From positions 39,234 to 103,233 of IMG/VR virus record IMGVR_UViG_2791355221_000001: DNA of 64,000 nt; one strand, 5' to 3'. Below, one piece after another: positions 52,630 through 62,809 of this stretch (position 1 is the stretch's first letter; every line of letters begins with the position of its first letter). The notes under the pieces were generated by a model. The model was not told where the DNA came from and did no database searches. It was given only the letters and a program-made list of their open reading frames with translations. This DNA is from a virus. Its lineage: Duplodnaviria > Caudoviricetes. The translations under genes were made by a program, and so were the position numbers.

Positions 52630-54627
52630 ATGAAAGTTGGTCTGATCATGAGATTTCTGGACTTATCAGAGCTAAGTATTAAAAGATTGAGTAATGCATT
52701 TGTTAATTATCTTGAGGGAAATGGTGTTGGACATCATAAAGTAGCACTGACATTGGACAATTCTGAGCAAATAGTCTTAATGATCGAAGATAAGTACGAT
52801 AGGATGCACATGTTTAGCTGGGAAGCAGCGGGAGCAATTGGCCAAGAAATGAACGATATTGTTAAAAGTACAATTGATCCCATGCTTGAGAAAATGAAGT
52901 CTAGAGAAGAAAGATAATTTCTTCTTTGTTTATATAATAAAAATAAAATATATATTGAATAAATAGCGACTGAGTGGTACAATATATTTCGAGAGGAAAT
53001 GATCTCCAATCGTGTTATAATATTGGGTAAAATGGATTTGTTTTCGCGGCTATTAACGAGCATTAGATTTAATATGGAAATTTGATGATAACTTAAAACC
53101 AGAAACTAAATAAAATTCAGATTTTATAAGGAGAGATATATAATGTATTTAACTTTAGTTAGAGGAAAGTCAAGGAAGTCGCAGTACATGGAGTTGTTTC
53201 ATAAAGGTGCTAACAATAGTCTTTTCATACAATACGGTCAAGATGTTCCCATGTTGTTGCCAGATCGAAAAGAGAGCTGGACAATTGAGCGAAGCAAAAA
53301 GACCGTTAATGACTCATTTGAGTTGGAAATGGAACTTAACGAAGTTATGTCTCAAGTATTGAGTCAAACGGAATACAGATATATCTTTCTTTATGGCAAC
53401 TTTGAATTAGGCGAAGTGGATGTTATTAAAAAAGTTGCGCTTAAGGTTGATGGGAAATTGACAATTATTGCTTCAATTCAAGATAATACAGTTCTTGATG
53501 GTCAAATTATTATTGAAGAAATCCGTTAAAAGTCTGATTTTATGGGAGCAAAAAGTGGATATTGGTGAACTACTCAAAAGTATTCGTGGCAGCGACTCTT
53601 TAAGAGCTGCAAGCAGCAAAACTGGCCTAAGTCATAATTATATAATGCTTGTGGAACGGGGAATTGACAGTAGAGGAATGCCATTAAAACCCTCACCAGA
53701 AACTTTAAAAGCATATTCAAATGGCTATGGATACCCATATAATGAATTGATGAATGTAATTGGATATACTTCGACAGATGATACTGATGTAGTTTATGAT
53801 ATTGATCCATCATTGTATAGACTTATTAAAAATCTAGAAAAACTACCCCAAGAAAAAAGAGAACTCATTGAATTATTAGTTAATGCTTTATTACAAAGTG
53901 GTTAAAACACGGATTTCAATGGGAGTGTCGGATGAATGAATAAACAAGAACTTCACAAATTTGTTTATGGTGAGCTAACTAAAGAAGAAGCTAAACTTCT
54001 TTATCAAGGTAAGGGTAACTACAAAGGATGGAGATGCCCTGAAATCGGTGATGGATTAGTTATTATGAGGAAGAATGGAAATGAATTCAAAGCCTTTAGT
54101 GGTGCTTCTCCCGAAGAATGGGTAAAAGAATGTTGGATTGAGCTGAAACAAAAAATTGATGAAGCAGAGAGTAAATAAATAACTGTTTTATCGAGAACTA
54201 ATGGATGAAAAGTTAGAAGTTTACTTCATCAGAATACGTTGGGGGGATAAATATGGACACTGACGAATTAGAATTTGAAAAAGAACGTAAATTTGAAATT
54301 GAAATACTTACTAAGCATGGTATTCCTGTACTTACTAAAAATCTAGTTGGAAAAACTGTTTCTTACACATTCAGTGGATTTATTGTCTTTACTGATAATA
54401 CATGTTTTTTTGCAGATAACTCTCTTGGAACTATTTATGATCAAGATGATATTAGCTTATCTTCTTATTTAAACTTATGGCAGAAAAAGTTCTCCAATGA
54501 AGTAATACAAATTAAATCTGAATTAAATTGGTTTGAGAAAAGTGAGATCATTGAATCAATAAACAACCTCCCTAATTCTACAGATTTTAATGAGCTATAC
54601 AAGAAAATTAAAAAATTAATAGAATAA
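52630..54627 (+). CDS. Small genes 52630-52917, 53143-53529, 53555-53905 (XRE HTH), 53936-54178, 54253-54627
   Basis: ORFs with RBS; SLRAASSKTGLSHNYIMLVERG HTH in the third; junction palindromes between several. Confidence 0.65.
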
Positions 54628-54835
54628 AATTTATATTCATTGTTCTACACAGTATACACACATAGATTTTTTAAATAAACTCTTCATAATACATACATAA
54701 TATTTAGCATGTTACTTTGCTATTTATTTAATGTGTTTGTGAAGTTTTTTGCATTTGTTTATAGGCTGTAGTTTATTTTTATTATAAATGTGATATATTG
54801 TTAATATGGAAATAATATTGAAAGAAGTGTGATAT

Positions 54836-56155
54836 ATGTTTAGAGATCGCATTGAATTAGAAAATGAGTTAATAGAAGTACTGAATAAAATAAAACATAA
54901 CCGAAAAGACATTTCGAAAATTGATGAAAAACTTTTTGTTAATAACAGGGTTGCCTTAGGGACAATTTCAGACTTAACCAAAGGAGGGCTACAAGAATTA
55001 AATAAAATTGATGAGACATTACTGTGTATTGTTGCTAATGCTGTCTGTGATGTTTCTGGTGAAATAAGAATAAGCCCTATCAATTATTACACTCCAGAAG
55101 AAATTGATTATGCTTTAAACAATGAGTACTTTAATGGTGAAACTTCAGAAATATTGCCTATTACGCTTGAAAATGTACTTATGGCAAAAACTGATGAATA
55201 CATTACTGTAATTAAAATAACCGATTTAGTTCACTGGAAGAATGAAGGACTCATCATTTATGATTATGAGTCTCAGCGGAGTGCTAAATACGTTAGAAAA
55301 CAAAACGGAGTTATTCCAACACCAGACTTAAACAAGCAGCACGTAAAAGAAATATCTGAGCATCAACTGAATGGAACCTACATTGTTGATACTATTACTT
55401 TAAATATCTACTCTGATGAGATTACAGCATTGAACTATAATAACAAAACGAAAACCCTTAAGATAAATAAAGGTGCACGAATTTCTATTACTGATGGCTT
55501 TCATCGACTAGAAGCTTCCGTTCTAACAGTTAAGAATGACCCAGAGACAGAGGAAGTGTTTCAAGTTGCCATCAAGTCATTCGATACTGACAAGGCACAA
55601 AAAACATTTGGACAATACAACACATATCATCCAGTAAGCAAGGAAAGAGTTCAAAGTTTGAAAAAAGAGAAGTTTGGCGACTATGTAGTTGAAAAACTTA
55701 AATATAAATCTGATTTAAAAGGAAAAGTTTCTACAGAGAAAAGGTTGAGTACTTTAGCAAATCATTTAACCACAACTAGTATTTTATCAGAAGCGATAGA
55801 TCATCAATTTAAAATGGAAAGTCAAAAAGATGTGATAGAAGTATCAGAATATCTTGAAAAATTCTTTAATTATTTAATAGGGTCTTTCAAAGATGAGTTT
55901 GTATTAAATCAAAATAAATATCGTGAGACTAGTTTTATTAATAATCAGTATGTCTTTGCGGGCTATGTGGTATTAGCAAGAAGATTTAGGGATGAGAATA
56001 TTCCAATCATTAAATTAGAAGAAGTAATTAAAAACATAAACTTTTCAAAAGAAGTATCAGATTTCTCTGGATTGTTTTCTAAGGGTAAGAAATCTATACC
56101 TTTCATAATTAGTTACTTTGAATCATTGAATCTAAAAGAATATGCTCATAATTGA
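54836..56155 (+). CDS. yopQ: YopQ-like DndB/DGQHR-domain protein
   Basis: ITLN...ITDGFHRL; directly upstream of yopR-like gene as in SPbeta. Confidence 0.75.
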   Translation: MFRDRIELENELIEVLNKIKHNRKDISKIDEKLFVNNRVALGTISDLTKGGLQELNKIDETLLCIVANAVCDVSGEIRISPINYYTPEEIDYALNNEYFNGETSEILPITLENVLMAKTDEYITVIKITDLVHWKNEGLIIYDYESQRSAKYVRKQNGVIPTPDLNKQHVKEISEHQLNGTYIVDTITLNIYSDEITALNYNNKTKTLKINKGARISITDGFHRLEASVLTVKNDPETEEVFQVAIKSFDTDKAQKTFGQYNTYHPVSKERVQSLKKEKFGDYVVEKLKYKSDLKGKVSTEKRLSTLANHLTTTSILSEAIDHQFKMESQKDVIEVSEYLEKFFNYLIGSFKDEFVLNQNKYRETSFINNQYVFAGYVVLARRFRDENIPIIKLEEVIKNINFSKEVSDFSGLFSKGKKSIPFIISYFESLNLKEYAHN

Positions 56156-56170
56156 TGGAGGAAAATAAGA

Positions 56171-57175
56171 ATGACTAAAAATAAGATATATGATTTAAGG
56201 TATTATAATGAGTATCAAAAAATGAGATTTCTCAAAACAGTTTCAGAAAATACAACATACCATCAGTTGTGTTCAAGACTCTTAGGGAGAGTTAGCAGAC
56301 TAGAGGAGATGTACGATAAAGATCTTTATGATTTTAGTTTACCAGAGTTAGAGAGATTTTTTAGATATTTAAATGCTTCAAAAATTAGTACTTCTAGAAT
56401 GAATATTCAAGCAATAAATACTTATATAGAGTGGGCTAATGTACAAAATCTTAGAAAAACAAATATAAATCCCTTAACAATTATTATGGATGACGATTAT
56501 TTTAGAAGCTTTATTGATGAGTCTAAACAAACCATTTTTAGTGAAGAAGAAATTGACGACATTGTTAGAGAATGCAAAAATGCACAGGATGCTGTTATTA
56601 TCCAACTAATGTTTGAGGGTGCATCTGGCACAGGTCTTGATGAGTTGCTTAACCTGCAGAGAAAGAATATTGACTTTAACCATAATCGATTACTCTTGAC
56701 AGACTCAGATGAATCAACAAGAATTTTAGAGGTTAGTGAAAAATGCATGAAGTTGATTCAAGAGGCTCTTGATCAAACTGTATACCAAAAGAATAATGGA
56801 GTTTTTGAAAGTGACAGAGGATCTGCGGAGATTTCATTAGTAGAAAATGATTATGTGGTCAAAAGCACAAAACTTGGTAAATTAAAGTCTTTTGAGAAAG
56901 CAGATAAGTTTTTAGTCCATAGAAGATTGGCAGTATTAGGCGATCCAGACATGTTAGACAAACCATATCTTTCACCTAAGAATATAAAATATTCTGGTAT
57001 GCTCAAAATTGCCAAAGACTATTATCTTAGAGATGGCAGTATTGAGAAACAGTGCGGAGACGAAATAGGAAGTAAATTTAATATCAGGAAATTAAATGGC
57101 GAGTATGTGATTATGCCTTATAAAAGAGACTTTATAAATATAGATACAATTAGAAAAGTATATAATATTGAATGA
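56171..57175 (+). CDS. yopR: YopR/MrpR-like recombinase-fold master repressor
   Basis: YDKDLYDFS, YIEWA, QDAVIIQLMFEGASG, LVENDYVVK, SPKNIKYSG resemble SPbeta YopR; lacks a normal catalytic set. Confidence 0.85.
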   Translation: MTKNKIYDLRYYNEYQKMRFLKTVSENTTYHQLCSRLLGRVSRLEEMYDKDLYDFSLPELERFFRYLNASKISTSRMNIQAINTYIEWANVQNLRKTNINPLTIIMDDDYFRSFIDESKQTIFSEEEIDDIVRECKNAQDAVIIQLMFEGASGTGLDELLNLQRKNIDFNHNRLLLTDSDESTRILEVSEKCMKLIQEALDQTVYQKNNGVFESDRGSAEISLVENDYVVKSTKLGKLKSFEKADKFLVHRRLAVLGDPDMLDKPYLSPKNIKYSGMLKIAKDYYLRDGSIEKQCGDEIGSKFNIRKLNGEYVIMPYKRDFINIDTIRKVYNIE

Positions 57176-57205
57176 GGGCTCCATTAGGAGTTCTCTTCAT
57201 TATAA

Positions 57206-57258
57206 AATAAAAATAACGAAAATAATTATTGACGTATTTTGGGATATCATGGTATATT
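57206..57258 (+). promoter_or_regulatory. Promoter of agr-like cassette with AATAAAAATAA element
   Basis: TTGACG 57229-34; TGG-TATATT extended -10. Confidence 0.65.
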
Positions 57259-57316
57259 AGTAATGGGACGGGAGATATGAGAAATTAGTCCTAGAGGGTG
57301 AGATGAAGCCAAGATA

Positions 57317-57868
57317 ATGGTTCTAAGATTATCAAACTACATAGCAGATTATTTAGTGAATAATTCCATAGGTCAAGAACATAAACATAACACTTTAGTT
57401 TATGGTTTACAGATAATTATTAATCTAATATTGGTTTTTACATTAATATTAGTTTCCTCCATTTTTTTAGACTTATTCAAAGAACTTATGATTTTGTTTA
57501 TTTTTACTGCATTACTTAGGCAAATGTCTGGAGGGTTACATTTAAAGTCTTCAGGTTGGTGTGTCATCCTATCTACAAGTCTTATCTTAGTGGTTCCTTA
57601 TTTACCAAATTATATTCCTGATAATTACTTGCGCGCGGCTGACATAGTTAGTTTTATTACGATTTTAGTATATGCACCAGCAACATTTAAAGTAAATACA
57701 TATAAAAATAGAAAAGCATACTTCAGAATGAAGATGATTTCATTACTAATGGTCGTGATAAACATTGTACTTTTAAAAATGGAACACTTATCAATAGCAA
57801 TGTTTATTCAATCGGTATCTGTCGTGATGGAATATTATAGATTAAAGAAAGTTGGTAGACCGATATGA
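57317..57868 (+). CDS. agrB: AgrB-family peptide-processing membrane protease
   Basis: YGLQII..; LRQMSGGLHLKSSGWC (catalytic His/Cys); YAPA motif; multiple TMs. Confidence 0.9.
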   Translation: MVLRLSNYIADYLVNNSIGQEHKHNTLVYGLQIIINLILVFTLILVSSIFLDLFKELMILFIFTALLRQMSGGLHLKSSGWCVILSTSLILVVPYLPNYIPDNYLRAADIVSFITILVYAPATFKVNTYKNRKAYFRMKMISLLMVVINIVLLKMEHLSIAMFIQSVSVVMEYYRLKKVGRPI

Positions 57869-58542
57869 ATTATTTATTCTCATTCATTTTTTCATCTATT
57901 GAATTTTCCTCATTAATAATATTAACTATGGCTACATTTCGATTCAATATTCTCAACTATAAGAGGGAAGTGATTATTTTATCTCTTATATTATCGTTTT
58001 GTTCAAGCGTATTAGATTCACTACCTTTACAGACCATTGCACCAATAATTCAACTCTTTATATTAATTGTCTTATTTAAAGTTCTAATAAAAGAAAGCAT
58101 TATATTTTCTATTCTTGTTAATGCTCTTGGATTTATTTTCTTCAATGTAATCGAAGCTCTTTACTTTGCGATTCTTCAGTACTATGCCATTGCTGATATT
58201 TCTGATCTAGGAGGCACACACAATACTACAACGTTTACTCTTCAGTTAACGGCTTCATTAATTGTGTTCATTGTCTCAGCAATAATAAGAAATTTAAATT
58301 CTGGTTTCGGTTTTATGGATAAGTTCAGATCAACAAAAAGTAAAATTAAAACAACTAACAAAATTTTAGCAATTATTTCTTTTATCTCGATTCTGTTATT
58401 AAGTGTAAGCCTATATATGTTACTCTCAAACAAAAATTTATACTCTTTTATGGCATTTTTGATATTCGTATTAATTTTTAACATTATATTATTCTACTTT
58501 TATAATAAAAGAGACAAAGAGCAATTTGGCAATGCTAATTAG
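57865..58542 (+). CDS. Multi-TM membrane protein resembling an AgrC sensor domain, without kinase domain
   Basis: About 6-7 hydrophobic helices; ends right after last TM; overlaps agrB stop. Confidence 0.7.
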   Translation: MNYLFSFIFSSIEFSSLIILTMATFRFNILNYKREVIILSLILSFCSSVLDSLPLQTIAPIIQLFILIVLFKVLIKESIIFSILVNALGFIFFNVIEALYFAILQYYAIADISDLGGTHNTTTFTLQLTASLIVFIVSAIIRNLNSGFGFMDKFRSTKSKIKTTNKILAIISFISILLLSVSLYMLLSNKNLYSFMAFLIFVLIFNIILFYFYNKRDKEQFGNAN

Positions 58543-58586
58543 ATTGTACATCGCTCTTTGAAAAACAATAAGGAGGTGTGTTACAA

Positions 58587-58709
58587 ATGAAAAAATATCT
58601 ATCCCTACTAGGAGTAATTAGTTTTGTTGTCATGGTTGCAGATTATTATACAACTGCTTGTGTGTCTATATTTCATGAGCCCGAAATGCCACTAGAACTT
58701 CAAAAGTAA
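58587..58709 (+). CDS. agrD: AgrD-type cyclic autoinducing peptide precursor (40 aa; not in ORF track)
   Basis: AAGGAGGTG RBS; MKKYLSLLGVISFVVMVADYYTTACVSIFHEPEMPLELQK with C-x4-HEPE-x-P. Confidence 0.9.
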   Translation: MKKYLSLLGVISFVVMVADYYTTACVSIFHEPEMPLELQK

Positions 58710-58724
58710 TTACATAGGATACTG

Positions 58725-58757
58725 GGACTCATTATCGTTTAAATGCGATGTGAGTCC
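58725..58757 (+). promoter_or_regulatory. Hairpin between agrD and LytTR gene
   Basis: GGACTCA...TGAGTCC stem without a clear U-tract. Confidence 0.55.
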
Positions 58758-58789
58758 GAATTATAAGTTTGAGATTGGAGGATGATTAT

Positions 58790-59314
58790 ATGAAATTTGA
58801 AGATTGGATAAGCAATATTATAGAACAGAAGTTAAAAATGAAATGTACCAAGATTGAGATAGACAATATAACTAAGGAAATAATTGATGAGTATAGTCAA
58901 ATGAAAAACATATCTTTTGTGAATAAAGAAAATGAGATAGTGTTGGTTGATTTGAATGAAGTGCTATATATAAATGAATATAAAAAGAATATGTTTATGT
59001 TCTATACTCATGAAGGTGCATATGAGCTATTTAACAAGAATATAGACATTTCTTCTCTGATAAATGAAAATTTTATACAAATGGATAAGTCCATATTGGT
59101 TAATATGACAAAAGTAAAAAAATACAACAGTTTCTACGGGGACGTCTATTTTGATGATGTAATTGATGAAAGCTCCATTCGTGTTAGAGTTTTGTTTAAA
59201 AGTATAGAAGTAGTTAAAAGAAAGCTCGGCAAAGATAAGAACATTTATAATGAGGATGATACTCTGTATTCTCCACTAAGCAACAATAAGAAAAAATATA
59301 CATTGTTTCATTAA
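58790..59314 (+). CDS. LytTR DNA-binding domain protein, no recognisable receiver domain
   Basis: LVDLNEVLYI...FYTHEG.Y...FIQMDKSILVNMTKV. Confidence 0.8.
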   Translation: MKFEDWISNIIEQKLKMKCTKIEIDNITKEIIDEYSQMKNISFVNKENEIVLVDLNEVLYINEYKKNMFMFYTHEGAYELFNKNIDISSLINENFIQMDKSILVNMTKVKKYNSFYGDVYFDDVIDESSIRVRVLFKSIEVVKRKLGKDKNIYNEDDTLYSPLSNNKKKYTLFH

Positions 59315-59666
59315 GAAACACTTTATAATATAAAGACAAACTTTATAACTTTCGACATTATACTACAGACATACACAAATGGAAAATGAAGTAAATAACT
59401 TGTTTTACAATAAATCATGAAATAGATCTTATAGATGGCGCGCAACTCAATGTGATAACATATATAATATAAAAGATAACTCACCGATGTTTTTGCACTT
59501 TAGTATGGGTGATGATTACGATTTAATTTATTGACACAGGGGGTCTGTTATTAACTATTTTACTAAGGATTCATTAATTGTGATGAATCTGTATTATTTT
59601 TTTTAACTCTTTTATGGTTGCAAATTTCGCAATTATAAGTAAACATTAAAGCTTGGAGGCTACAAC

Positions 59667-60242
59667 ATGACAACATATAGTGTAGATGGCACACTTATTA
59701 TCCCTTTTAACATATTGCAAAAAGCGCCGAATTTGCAAGATCTAATGAGCAATCTTTTACATGAATGCGACATTGAAACAGTCTCTATTAAAACGAAAAA
59801 CGGAGACTCGTACATACTAAATCATTATGACTACATAGATATTGAATATAAAGAAAAGAATATTCATGAGATTTAAACCATGTGAGCTGCTTGTTAGATA
59901 GGCAGCTTTTTTAATATATAAAGTAAAAATAAAATTAATAGTTGATAATGAGATGCTGCTGTGTTATATTTACATTACAGAGAAGGAAAATATCGGAAGA
60001 CAATAAAAGCATTCATTTATTGGAAGAGGAGACGTATGGAAAAGAAGATTACATATAAAAAATACTCAAGTGATGGGTCATTAGTTGAGTGCTATTATGG
60101 AGATATGCTTTTTGCCTTAGTGAGTAAGGTGTCTCAGAGCAACTGGAGAGGCAATTTAACAACAGATCCCAATTATGTGCTCACCAGAAGTACCAGATCT
60201 GAATTAATACATGAGCTGCTAAAAGAGTGCCTAAGCAAATGA
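59667..60242 (+). CDS. Two hypothetical proteins (59667-59876, 60036-60242)
   Basis: ORFs with GGAGG/GAGGAG RBS. Confidence 0.6.
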
Positions 60243-60292
60243 AATCGTTGTTTCATGGGAATATGGAAGACAAGAGAAAGGGTGTAAGATTT

Positions 60293-60745
60293 ATGACTAT
60301 TAAGGTAATTGAGGGAGACCTATTGAGTGCTGAAGAAGACATTATTGCACATCAAGTAAATTGTATGGGCGTAATGGGTTCAGGCATTGCTAAAGTAATC
60401 CGCAATAAGTATCCAGAAGTATATGACCAATATTTAAATGAGTTTAAAGGGAAATCAAAAATTGAATTGTTGGGTGAATGTCAGGTTATCAAAACTAGTG
60501 TTGGAAAATATGTAGCTAATTTGTTTGGGCAGTTCAATTTTGGTGGAGATGGTAAGAAATATACTGATGAGGAAGCATTGAAAGGCGCGCTAATAAGTCT
60601 GAAAGAGTTTGCTGTAGAAAATGGTCTTAGTGTGGCGCTGCCCTTTAAAATAGGCAGTGACCGCGGTGGAGCAGACTGGAATGTGGTTTATGGAATTATC
60701 GGTGAGGTTTTTGCTGAATATAGTGTTACATTGTATCGATTATAA
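60293..60745 (+). CDS. Macrodomain (ADP-ribose hydrolase-like) protein
   Basis: GDLL...IAHQVNCMGVMGSGIA...PFKIGSDRGGADW. Confidence 0.85.
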   Translation: MTIKVIEGDLLSAEEDIIAHQVNCMGVMGSGIAKVIRNKYPEVYDQYLNEFKGKSKIELLGECQVIKTSVGKYVANLFGQFNFGGDGKKYTDEEALKGALISLKEFAVENGLSVALPFKIGSDRGGADWNVVYGIIGEVFAEYSVTLYRL

Positions 60746-60804
60746 TTGAATAACAATACAGCAATTATTATATTTAATTTTAAAAGAGAGAGGAACTGAT
60801 TCCA

Positions 60805-61361
60805 ATGTCGAAACTAAAAATTGGCACTAAAGTCTTTTTAAAGCCTATCAACAACAAAGCTAGGTCTGGAAATATACCAGTTCAGGAGTATGAAGTGAAA
60901 AGTGTTGCTAGAAAATATTTTGAGGTATGGCAAGACGAGAGAGAAACTAGCGCATTAAAATTCTATATTGAAAACAATAGCCATGTTACAAAGTATTCTC
61001 CTGATTGGAAGCTGTACTTCACTATGCAAGAGATTGTGTATCTAAAGAAGAATTTGAGAGCCTATTTAAACACTGGGTTGATTCGAATGGATGGGAATAT
61101 GAGGGATCATTTATTAACGTGGATAAACAGAATTCTACGAGTGCATGGACTGAGATGGATGATTTAAATTTAGCCGAAATGGTTCTTCGTAGCATAAGAG
61201 AGAATAGAAAACTTAAAGAGGGGTTCGAAGAAGTATCTGAAAAGATCGGACGAACAACAAGTGCTTGCGCGAACAGGTGGAATTCTTTTTTGAAGTATCA
61301 GTATCAAGCAGCTATTCAAATAGCAAAAGCTCAAGCAGACAGAAAGAGGCAAATGAAATAG
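60805..61361 (+). pseudogene. Out-of-frame junction of a phage protein and a second RsfA-like gene
   Basis: Overlapping ORFs 60805-61167 and 61005-61361; second contains AWTEMDD..LAEMVL..RTTSACANRWN. Confidence 0.55.
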
Positions 61362-61389
61362 ATAGTTTATAAACAAAGGAGAAAAGATA

Positions 61390-62773
61390 ATGACTAATAT
61401 TCCTAATGAAATACAGGAAGCTATAAAGAATTCCGCAAAGTATCATGAAAAAGCCAAAGAGCAACATGCAGTACTTAAAACTTGGATTCAGAATAATTTC
61501 GGAGAATCCGCGATTGATGATGATATTATTAGAGATACCATTGTAAACCTAATTGAGCAAGCGAATGATCCTTTAGGGGCTATTAGGATTCTGGAGAGTG
61601 CACTTGATAATTATAAATACAGATAAAAGGATAGTTTCATTCTAATAAAACAAGGAGTGTGCATATAATGGGTTGGTTTTTTAATGAAACAAAAGACAAT
61701 TCTTACGTAGTAATTCCGTCAGAAAATGTAACTAAGATAAAATTTGGAGATACGTGTTATATTGGTTATCAAATATATGGGCAAGAATTCTGGGAAATAA
61801 CGAGTGTCTCTTTTACGACTGAAGTATCTTCGTTAGAAGTTCGTAAATACAAATACCATATGGCAGGATATCTGCATCATGCCTTATTGCCGCTTAGCAG
61901 GCTGCTATAAGTTAATTTTCTATTTTGAAGAAGAAAATGGATGAACTTGCAGGAGTACATGACATCTAAATATAGGGCTAGTAGCGATCTGTTGGGTTGT
62001 AGAGCAGATTGATTAGAATAGGATATGAAGAGATAGTTTTATTGCAAAGAGAGGTGTGAAGATTGAGAAATTATACAATTCGAGTCCCAGACAGTAATAA
62101 GCCAGCTTTAAGAATAAGTGGGATCAAGTTTGAAAGAAATCCCTTTGAAGTATTGGGCTCCATCACACTGGAAAAGACTAAGTCATTGGGTGGATTACCC
62201 AACTATACAGTAGTTGATTCTGATCTTTATGACTGCTTTCCAATTGGAGAGCGATTTTGGAATATTGGCGATATGTTCTGTAATTCTTGTAACGATAACA
62301 TACATTCTTACAACTGGAATAATTACACACAAGCATATGAAAAGCTCTGGCATAAGTCTAACATGCCAATATATAGTAAGCACAAGATTGATGATAAACA
62401 TTGGAAAATTTTGATATACAAGCCCTCTGCAATTTTTGATGAGCCCGTTTTTGAGATGATTGAAAAAAGGCTACATAAGGTGGAATTTACAATTTAGGGG
62501 GTGGTTACATTGAGTAAGCTGCCAAGTCACACTAAAGTGAAAATAGAACAATACATGAAACATTCTCATAAGGCGAACAAACTTAGAAATGAGATTGATG
62601 AATGGTTCGTTTCGAAAGGGATCGATACTATTGGTACAGATGAGAATGACAGTAATGGGGGAAGTGCAATTCAAGATGTTATTGTAGATGCTGCTCAAGG
62701 GACAGAGACAACCGAAGAACAAATTGAAAACACAATTAAATTGATTGAAATTAACTATTTTCCAATAAAATAG
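61390..62773 (+). CDS. Small hypothetical genes (61390-61626, 61659-61910, 62063-62497, 62501-62773)
   Basis: ORFs with RBS; several junction palindromes. Confidence 0.6.
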
Positions 62774-62809
62774 TAACTAATATTACCAAAAGAAAGGGAG
62801 CAACAAGAC

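Noticed and set aside
47397-54640. Half-matching palindromes at 47397, 54175 and 54624
   Set aside because: Right arm or spacer length deviates; not counted among the sites
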